Positions 56,744-64,000 of a stretch of 64,000 nucleotides of DNA are shown piece after piece (within the stretch, counting starts at the first letter, position 1; each line of letters opens with the position of its first letter). Source of the stretch: a virus. The stretch covers positions 32,001-96,000 of IMG/VR virus record IMGVR_UViG_3300032334_001019, one strand, 5' to 3'. The notes under the pieces are model-generated. The model made no database searches, was not told the origin of the DNA, and saw nothing but the letters and a program-made list of their open reading frames with translations. Both the position numbers and the translations under genes were made by a program.

Positions 56744-57403
56744 ATGCAATATAGCATGAATATACCACCAAGTGTGAGCAAGTCAACACAGCCACACAGA
56801 TTCTTTGAAAGATTTTTAAATAATGATCTTCAAGAATTAACAGTAGAACTTCAAGATAGATATCAAAAAATCCAGGAAGCAAAAGTTGCTGGTGTTACAC
56901 CAGTAGGAGAAAATGAATTTTGGAAGCAGTCTAATAGTGTTTCTACTATGAAGTGGAGACAGTATAATGTTTTTCAGTTTCACTCATCTGGACTCTATAA
57001 TCTTTATTCATCAATCTCTGATATGGTTAAAGAAGCATGTCAGTATTATGGTTTAGATTTTAATGAACAGCAATATATGGTTCAGGGTTGGTTCAATATT
57101 AACTATACAAAATCTGGTAAGTTAGATTGGCATGACCATGGCCCAGAAGGTGCACCAAACTTTCACGGATACTATTGTGTAAGTGCAGAACCTTCTACAA
57201 CACATTATCGTGTTTTTGATAAGAATGTTGAAAATAATAACTTAAACAACCGTGCAATTTTGTCTGAAATGGGCCATCCACATGCTCAAGCAGACTGGGA
57301 CTGGGAAGGTCCAAGAATTACAGTTGCATATGATGTAATTCCATTGAAAGATTTAAAGAAATTTGCAATGGATCAAGAACAGCATTGGATACCACTAATA
57401 TGA
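56744..57403 (+). CDS. putative 2OG-Fe(II) oxygenase
   Basis: GWFNIN, WHDH, HGYYCV, HPH, RITVAYD. Confidence 0.65.
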   Translation: MQYSMNIPPSVSKSTQPHRFFERFLNNDLQELTVELQDRYQKIQEAKVAGVTPVGENEFWKQSNSVSTMKWRQYNVFQFHSSGLYNLYSSISDMVKEACQYYGLDFNEQQYMVQGWFNINYTKSGKLDWHDHGPEGAPNFHGYYCVSAEPSTTHYRVFDKNVENNNLNNRAILSEMGHPHAQADWDWEGPRITVAYDVIPLKDLKKFAMDQEQHWIPLI

Positions 57404-58038
57404 GCGAAAAGAAAGCACACAGATTTTATTTTAGACATTTAGAAAATGATTTAGAAGAACTTAGTCAGTATTTAACACAAAAACAAGAAGAACTTTTAAA
57501 CGGAACATGGCTAAATATAGATAAAGAGATTTTATCTGAATACAATAAGTATAATGGACCAACCACACAACTTGGTTCACTATACAACATCTTTAATCTT
57601 GATGTACCAAGCATAGTTAATCTAAAGTCTGCAATTAGAGATGCAGTAAAAGATGCTTGTGATTACTACGAGTTAGATTTTGAGGCATTGGATTATATGA
57701 TTCATGGATGGTTTAATCTTGACTATAAGACTGAGGGTGACAATGGTGTTAACCCAGTAAAGAATGAAGTCTTCATGCATGACCATATGGGTGGAGAAGG
57801 TGCACCAGTTTTCCATGGCTACTACTGTGTAAATGCAGAACCATCAATAACATACTATAAGATTGACGGCAAGCATCTGCATGAAAACCATAATCAAAAT
57901 AATAAACTAATTGTTTCAGAAACTGGTCATCCACATGGAAGAGATGATTGGTATGAAGATAAGCCAAGAATCACTATTGCATATGATATCTCTCCTTTAG
58001 AAAGAGATGGCAAAGGCGAAAAGTGGATAAAGTTATAA
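57400..58038 (+). CDS. putative 2OG-Fe(II) oxygenase, paralog of the upstream gene
   Basis: GWFN, MHDH, HGYYCV, HPH, RITIAYD. Confidence 0.65.
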   Translation: MSEKKAHRFYFRHLENDLEELSQYLTQKQEELLNGTWLNIDKEILSEYNKYNGPTTQLGSLYNIFNLDVPSIVNLKSAIRDAVKDACDYYELDFEALDYMIHGWFNLDYKTEGDNGVNPVKNEVFMHDHMGGEGAPVFHGYYCVNAEPSITYYKIDGKHLHENHNQNNKLIVSETGHPHGRDDWYEDKPRITIAYDISPLERDGKGEKWIKL

Positions 58039-58166
58039 AGAAGTTGGTTTGCAAAGTTATTGGGCATTCTATTAATATTCAAGAGTGCCCAGTAACTGGT
58101 GCAAAGTTGTCACAGTGTAATAGATGTTCTCCAATTACACATTCATCTAATATGTCTTTTAGATAA
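58023..58166 (+). CDS. small Cys/His protein (not in ORF track)
   Basis: KLVCKVIGH...CP......CNRC. Confidence 0.45.
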   Translation: MDKVIKKLVCKVIGHSINIQECPVTGAKLSQCNRCSPITHSSNMSFR

Positions 58167-58253
58167 CTCTACAGTTTACATTGAGGTAGAGTTTTACTTT
58201 TTCAAAAACTCTGCTATACTTAACACTATTCCGTTTTTGAAAGGACGATACAC

Positions 58254-60287
58254 ATGTCAGATTTTTTTAGTTTTAGACTTCCAGAAGATTTTGTAGAAAA
58301 GTACAAGAATACAGAAAGCCCATTTGGATTTAAAGATGCAGCAGAAAATTCACTTGGAGAGATTACTTTTATTCGTACATATTCTCGGATGAAGGAAGAT
58401 GGAACTAAGGAAAGATGGCACGAAGTATGTCGTCGTGTAATTGAAGGTATGTATTCAGTTCAAAAGAATCATGCTAAAGAAAACCGTCTTCCATGGAATG
58501 ACTATAAGGCTCAGAAGTCAGCACAAGAAGCATTCCAAAGAATGTTTGAGTTGAAGTGGACCCCACCAGGACGAGGTATGTGGGCATTTGGAACTCCTAT
58601 GACTATGGAGAAAAAGAACTCAGCAGCACTGCAAAACTGTGCAATGGTTTCTACAAAGGACCTTGACAAGAATGATCCAGGAGCATTATTTGCTTGGGTT
58701 ATGGATGCACTTATGCTTGGCATTGGTGTAGGGTTTGATACAGTTGGACAGGATAAGAATTTTTCAATCTATGCCCCAACAGAACCAGAACAGGTGTTTG
58801 AAATCCCAGATACCCGTGAAGGATGGGTAGAATCAGTTAGACTTTTAATCAACTCTTACCTAAGACCAAACCAGAGCATTCAGAAGTTTAACTATGATTT
58901 GATTAGACCTCTTGGAGCACCTATTAAGGGCTTTGGAGGCGTTGCATCAGGACCTGCACCTCTTATCAAGTTGCACGACCAGATAGACCGTGTAATCGGC
59001 TCCAGAGGCGGGGAAACACTAGATTCTCGTGCCATCGTAGACTTAGTAAACCTTATTGGTACATGCGTTGTATCAGGCAATGTACGTAGGTCAGCAACAC
59101 TTGCTTTAGGTAACGCTGGTGATGATACATTTATGAATTTAAAGAACTCAGAAATGTTCCCAGAGCGCAACTCGTTTGATCCAGAAAATCCAGGTTGGGC
59201 TTGGATGTCAAACAATTCTATTTCAGCAGAAGTAGGAACAAAGTACGAAGATTATGTAGATTTAATTACAGAAAACGGAGAACCAGGTTTTATTTGGCTT
59301 GATGTTGCTCGTAATTATGGACGACTAAAGGATGCGCCAGACGGTAAGGATTATCGTGTGATGGGATTTAACCCATGTGCGGAGCAGCCATTGGAATCAT
59401 ATGAATTGTGTACACTTGTAGAAGTGCACTTGAATCGTCATGAATCTAAGGAAGACTTCCTGCGTACCCTGAAGTTTGCATACCTTTATGGAAAGACTGT
59501 AACTCTTGTTCCAACACACTGGCCACAAACAAACGGTATCATGCAACGCAACCGTCGTATTGGTACATCACTAACAGGTATTGCGTCATTTGCAGATCAA
59601 AAGGGTTTGCCAATTGTTCGTGAGTGGATGGACGAAGGATACAACAAGATCCGTCACTATGACCACCAGTATTCAGAATGGCTTTGTGTTCGTGAATCAA
59701 TTCGTGTAACAACAGTTAAACCATCAGGATCAGTTTCAATTCTTTCTGGTGCAACTCCTGGAGTTCACTGGGGTCCTGGAGGAAACTTCTTCCTTCGTGC
59801 AGTTAGATTTGGAAACACAGATCCAATGATGCACTTGTTTAAAGCAGCAGGGTACACAATTGAAGATGACGTAGTATCAGCAAATACATCAGTAGTTTAC
59901 TTCCCAATTAAATCAGGCCATCCAAGATCTGAAAAAGATGTAACATTGTTTGAAAAAATTGCACTTGCTGCAACTGCTCAAAAGTATTGGTCTGATAACG
60001 GTGTTTCTGTAACGCTTTCTTTTGACAAGGAAACAGAATCAAAGCATGTTGTTCCAGCACTTCATATGTACGAAGGACAACTAAAGGCAGTATCATTCCT
60101 TCCAATGGGAAATACAGTTTATCCACAACAGCCATATACTCAGATTACTGAAGAAGAGTATAATAGTTATGTTGGAAAGTTGAAGCACATTGACTTTGGA
60201 GCAATTTACGACGGTGTGGACAATCTAGAAGCACAAGGTGAAGCATATTGCACAACTGATTATTGTGAAATTAAGATAGGAAAGTAA
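58254..60287 (+). CDS. nrdJ: class II (adenosylcobalamin-dependent) ribonucleotide reductase
   Basis: RTYSR, PPGRG, NC, GNVRRSA, NPCAE, TTVKPSG, C-terminal CTTDYC. Confidence 0.93.
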   Translation: MSDFFSFRLPEDFVEKYKNTESPFGFKDAAENSLGEITFIRTYSRMKEDGTKERWHEVCRRVIEGMYSVQKNHAKENRLPWNDYKAQKSAQEAFQRMFELKWTPPGRGMWAFGTPMTMEKKNSAALQNCAMVSTKDLDKNDPGALFAWVMDALMLGIGVGFDTVGQDKNFSIYAPTEPEQVFEIPDTREGWVESVRLLINSYLRPNQSIQKFNYDLIRPLGAPIKGFGGVASGPAPLIKLHDQIDRVIGSRGGETLDSRAIVDLVNLIGTCVVSGNVRRSATLALGNAGDDTFMNLKNSEMFPERNSFDPENPGWAWMSNNSISAEVGTKYEDYVDLITENGEPGFIWLDVARNYGRLKDAPDGKDYRVMGFNPCAEQPLESYELCTLVEVHLNRHESKEDFLRTLKFAYLYGKTVTLVPTHWPQTNGIMQRNRRIGTSLTGIASFADQKGLPIVREWMDEGYNKIRHYDHQYSEWLCVRESIRVTTVKPSGSVSILSGATPGVHWGPGGNFFLRAVRFGNTDPMMHLFKAAGYTIEDDVVSANTSVVYFPIKSGHPRSEKDVTLFEKIALAATAQKYWSDNGVSVTLSFDKETESKHVVPALHMYEGQLKAVSFLPMGNTVYPQQPYTQITEEEYNSYVGKLKHIDFGAIYDGVDNLEAQGEAYCTTDYCEIKIGK

Positions 60288-60892
60288 TGAATATAGTAGA
60301 AGGTTTTATTGATAAAGATGATCTAAAAGTTGTACAAGATTATCTTAGTACAATTGTTTTTCACACAAAAGAAGAACATGTCCCTCTTCATGATAATCTA
60401 TTTGATAATGGTGCACCTTTCGATATTCATACTCGTGGAGAGATGCCAGATCATATCCTAGAAGTTTTTTCAAAGTATTCAAAGGGTTACTATAATTTAG
60501 TTCAATCAGAGAATACAGATGAATACCATCCAGCAATGTTTTCAAAACACTACATTGCAAGATATAAGCCAGGATCTTCAGATCAACCACATCACAATGA
60601 GCATTCAAAGCCAGAAGGAACATATGTTTCATACATTGTTTGGCAGAACGCTAACTCTGGTGGAGAATTTATTTTTCCTAAATTAGAAAAAACATTTTTG
60701 GCAAACCCTGGAGATCTTATTTATTTTAAGGATACAGAAGAAAATATGCATGGTCTATCAGAAATTAAAGATGGGTTCTTATTTTTATCTGAGGCATGGA
60801 TGGGTAAAAAGGGTCAACTTTGGATGGAAAATAGAAGTACATATGAAGAGGTTCAGTGGGATGACTGGGAGATAAAAGGTTTTCATGAGTGA
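60287..60892 (+). CDS. 2OG-Fe(II) oxygenase-like protein (divergent)
   Basis: ARYKPG...PH, GGEFIFP, PGDLIYF, MHG. Confidence 0.65.
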   Translation: MNIVEGFIDKDDLKVVQDYLSTIVFHTKEEHVPLHDNLFDNGAPFDIHTRGEMPDHILEVFSKYSKGYYNLVQSENTDEYHPAMFSKHYIARYKPGSSDQPHHNEHSKPEGTYVSYIVWQNANSGGEFIFPKLEKTFLANPGDLIYFKDTEENMHGLSEIKDGFLFLSEAWMGKKGQLWMENRSTYEEVQWDDWEIKGFHE

Positions 60893-61394
60893 CAAGATTA
60901 AACTTGTAAAAGGTTTTATGGATGCTAAAGATGCAGAAATAATCTCATCATATGCTAAATCTGTAGATCACACTTTTACTGAGTTTGGTAATGGAGAAAA
61001 AGAGTTTACCTTTCATGCTTCTTTTGAAAATACAGATGTCTTAAATCTTTTAAATGATTATGGCAAGTTAGTTCTTGGCTTTGTTAATAACAATTACGAA
61101 GGACCATTTCCAGACTTTGATTCATCAAAAACACATATTGCTCGTTTCCAAGAGGGAGTGGGTATGCATGAGCACTTTGACTCAACAAAGCCAAATGATA
61201 TTGCAACACTCATATATTTAAATGACTCTTACGAGGGTGGAGATATATATTTCCCAGATCATGGTGTAAGCATAAAGCCAGAACCAGGAGATTTAGTTTG
61301 TTTTCCAGATACTCCAGATTTTGTGCATGGAGTTAGACCAATTACAAGTGGTATTAGATATACATCACCCCGTTGGTTTACACGCATAGTGTGA
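60885..61394 (+). CDS. 2OG-Fe(II) oxygenase, prolyl-4-hydroxylase-like
   Basis: HEHFD, YLNDSYEGGDIYF, PGDLVCFP, HGVRPITSGIRY. Confidence 0.88.
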   Translation: MSDKIKLVKGFMDAKDAEIISSYAKSVDHTFTEFGNGEKEFTFHASFENTDVLNLLNDYGKLVLGFVNNNYEGPFPDFDSSKTHIARFQEGVGMHEHFDSTKPNDIATLIYLNDSYEGGDIYFPDHGVSIKPEPGDLVCFPDTPDFVHGVRPITSGIRYTSPRWFTRIV

Positions 61395-61409
61395 TAAAAT
61401 AGACTTATA

Positions 61410-64000
61410 ATGTCTAGTCCATCAAATCTATATGCAGAAAAAATTTTCGCAGAACACCCCATTAGTCTTTGGGCACTAGACGATGCAGCAGACTATATAG
61501 ATTTATTAACTGATGCAAAAAGAGATTTTTCTCTTTGGTCAATTACTGGCGGTACATCTGAAATATTAGGACTCGCACAGTATGACCAACCATTTGTAGA
61601 TTCACCAGTTGTTAGGCTAGAGGGTGCAATACCATCATCAGAATCTGGACAGATTGTATTTGTAAGTTCAAACGTTCTAAATTTAAATACACTCAACGAT
61701 ACACTTGGAACATTCTCTATTGGATGTGTCGTAAACTCTGAGAGCGCATATTTGTCTAGTGTTGAAATTGGATATGAGTATGACAATCCAGTTGTTGGAG
61801 AAAACCCAATACAAGAGTTAAAAAGATTTAATGCATCGTTTAAGGATAGATGGTTTTTTATATCTCAAACAGTAGAAACACCAAATGTTAATGCAAACGT
61901 AAGAATAGTTTTAAAGATTAACTATATTGGTGGAGCAACAGAAACAGATAGTTATAGATTTTTGGTAAATGGCTTTACTTTTGGTCAGTGGTCTGAAGAG
62001 TTTAACGCATCATCTTTGGGAGTTCAAAAAGTATTAGTTCCAAGTTCAATTGCGTTGCCAACAACATATGGAATTGAAGCATCAGCATATGGTTTGCAAG
62101 AAAACAAGGGTTACTATTTATTATCAGACAATGCTCTTCTTGCAAAAAATACTGGAATACCATTGGTATATGGTGCATCTAATCTAACAAGGCTTTCGCC
62201 AAATAACAATCTGCCATCATTAATAATTCCTGGCTTAGGATTTCTTGGTGAAGATGGGCAGTATAAAGATTACACATTAGAGATGTGGCTAAGAGTAAAT
62301 TCAGATAGTTCAACATCAAAAAGAATTGTAGGACCAATAGGATCTACTGATGGGCTATACGTAAATGGTCCATTTCTAACATTAAAAATAAATAATAACA
62401 TTGGCTCTTATTATGTTGGAGAATGGGCACGACCAATGTTGATTCATATAAGAGTTTCAAATAACTATGCTTCATTATTGGTAAATGGTGAAGAGGTTAT
62501 ATCTTTAAATTATATTACTTCTGATTTGTCTTTTCCTTCAAGATTAAACAGTGATGGCAAAGATCAGGATTGGCTTGGCTTCTATGCTTACAATGATGTT
62601 ACTCCAGTTGAAGTAGACTGCGTTGCATTATATACATATCAGGTACCAATTGTCTTAGCAAAAAAGAGATTCGTATATGGTCAGGGTGTAGAGTTTCCAG
62701 AGGGTATAAATCAAGCATATAGTGGATCATCTGTTTATATTGATTATCCATTTGCAGATTATACAAATAACTATTCGTATCCGACTATAGGTAATTGGAA
62801 TCAGGCAACTATTGATAATCTTGTTGTTAAAAATAATACACTTACAACACCAGATTATTCTTTGCCATCCATAGTTTTGAGTAATGGAACTACTGAAGAT
62901 TTTTACTCAGATATGAAGCAATTAAATGAAGACTATACTGAGTCAGATACATTCTTATCTTTTAAAAATCTAGATGGTGGTCATTTAGTATTTGAAGACT
63001 TAAACTTTTTAAAACAAAACATTAAGTCTTTTTATGGATCATTCAAGTTTTTAGAAGAGCCTACATCACAACAAACATTATTGCGTTTAGAATCAGATAT
63101 AACATCAGACTATTTTGAAGTTGTAACTGATGGACTTTCAATAAAATATAATCTTAGTTACATGTCAAACATAGAAACACTTGCAACATTTTCATGGATG
63201 GGGATTGGAGAAATTTTTTCAGTTGGCATAGATATAGATAGAATGTGTGAATACTATGGTGGTTCAGTGTCATCATTTTTTGGTAACATAAATAGCCTCA
63301 AGTGTTATGTTGGCGGTATGTCAGATTTATCAGAAACCTTTCAGGGCAATATCTATAAGATTGGTTTTTGTACAGCAAGAAATCATCAAAAAATAAAAGA
63401 TTTGTTTAGTGAGCGTGGAGTTCCAATAGACTATGAAAGCGTATTTGATTCATATATGGAAACACCAGATGTTGACTACAACTCTACAGATGATTATTTT
63501 GGAACAAGTTCATATATTTGGGAAGAAATAATCGATGGCGGGTTTGAGACATCATTTGCATCAGACGGACTGCAGGCTCACACAGCAAGTTATACACTTG
63601 TACCACAACTATATTTTGATAACTATGCTTTAGATATTGATATTCATTCATATTGGGAAGACTATGTGCCAGTTACATATTTTGCACAGTATGTTGAGGA
63701 TGAGTTTGGTGATTTATCTTATGATGTAGATTTTATTCAGTTTAATATAAACTATCCATCACCTTCTAAAACAACAGATGATATATATGATGCATCTAAT
63801 TCTATGCTTAGATCTTATGTAAGTTTTCAATATGTTCAAAATGGAGCAAATCTTCCAGAAACTAACTTTACAAATATTGAGTTGCCATCAAGCAGTTTAA
63901 TTGTTTCTCCTCAGTCTGATTGGATGCAAACAAGGTATGAAGTTCTAAACAATAGCATTATATATATGCCAGATTCTGTAAGTAAGACTGACCTTGCTCT
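61410..64000 (+). CDS. large structural protein with LamG/concanavalin-like domains (3' truncated; absent from ORF track)
   Basis: ATG at 61410, MSSPSNLYAEKIFAEHPISLWALDD...YTLEMWL; frame appears open to window end. Confidence 0.7.
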   Translation, partial: MSSPSNLYAEKIFAEHPISLWALDDAADYIDLLTDAKRDFSLWSITGGTSEILGLAQYDQPFVDSPVVRLEGAIPSSESGQIVFVSSNVLNLNTLNDTLGTFSIGCVVNSESAYLSSVEIGYEYDNPVVGENPIQELKRFNASFKDRWFFISQTVETPNVNANVRIVLKINYIGGATETDSYRFLVNGFTFGQWSEEFNASSLGVQKVLVPSSIALPTTYGIEASAYGLQENKGYYLLSDNALLAKNTGIPLVYGASNLTRLSPNNNLPSLIIPGLGFLGEDGQYKDYTLEMWLRVNSDSSTSKRIVGPIGSTDGLYVNGPFLTLKINNNIGSYYVGEWARPMLIHIRVSNNYASLLVNGEEVISLNYITSDLSFPSRLNSDGKDQDWLGFYAYNDVTPVEVDCVALYTYQVPIVLAKKRFVYGQGVEFPEGINQAYSGSSVYIDYPFADYTNNYSYPTIGNWNQATIDNLVVKNNTLTTPDYSLPSIVLSNGTTEDFYSDMKQLNEDYTESDTFLSFKNLDGGHLVFEDLNFLKQNIKSFYGSFKFLEEPTSQQTLLRLESDITSDYFEVVTDGLSIKYNLSYMSNIETLATFSWMGIGEIFSVGIDIDRMCEYYGGSVSSFFGNINSLKCYVGGMSDLSETFQGNIYKIGFCTARNHQKIKDLFSERGVPIDYESVFDSYMETPDVDYNSTDDYFGTSSYIWEEIIDGGFETSFASDGLQAHTASYTLVPQLYFDNYALDIDIHSYWEDYVPVTYFAQYVEDEFGDLSYDVDFIQFNINYPSPSKTTDDIYDASNSMLRSYVSFQYVQNGANLPETNFTNIELPSSSLIVSPQSDWMQTRYEVLNNSIIYMPDSVSKTDLA

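Noticed and set aside
58166-58253. Cobalamin riboswitch or NrdR box upstream of nrdJ
   Set aside because: Intergenic space is short and lacks recognisable consensus
58254-60287. Intein or intron in nrdJ
   Set aside because: The 677-aa length and contiguous motifs leave no room; no splicing motifs seen
1125-61786. Many antisense or alternate-frame ORFs in the track (e.g. 1125-1460, 6017-6325, 47156-47578, 54786-55208, 56359-56742, 61493-61786)
   Set aside because: They lie within well-supported genes and reflect codon bias or repeats
1-64000. Stop-codon reassignment
   Set aside because: Known genes are full length under code 11, all three stops terminate genes, and no suppressor tRNA was seen

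Overview
This 64 kb window comes from a large, AT-rich (visually about 35% GC) tailed dsDNA phage. The host is most likely a freshwater low-GC actinobacterium, inferred from WhiB, an FmdB zinc ribbon, a secreted SLT lysozyme, class II RNR, CRP/GlxR boxes and many leaderless promoters. Layout: (1) 1-26 kb is an accessory region rich in modification enzymes (carbamoyltransferase, APS kinase, sulfotransferases, GT61s, flavin halogenase, 2OG-Fe oxygenases, methyltransferases including an RsmI homolog), stress genes (Hsp20, Dps, thioredoxin, CDGSH) and four tRNAs. (2) 26-38 kb is an early-type region of small ORFs diverging at about 36.7 kb and packed with repeated regulatory elements. (3) 40-57 kb is a tail fibre/baseplate module. 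(4) 58-64 kb holds nrdJ, two oxygenases and the start of a large structural gene. The most notable unannotated structure: a six-copy H-type pseudoknot RNA motif with clear covariation at transcript 3' ends; seven promoters with a fixed-position TGTCAG box; an array of perfect CRP boxes, DnaA boxes and GGCGTGTC sites; and two fibre proteins ending in Phe-rich FSPF repeats, one followed by a Skp1-type hydroxyproline GlcNAc transferase and the other by 2OG oxygenases. All calls come from reading the sequence; no searches were run.
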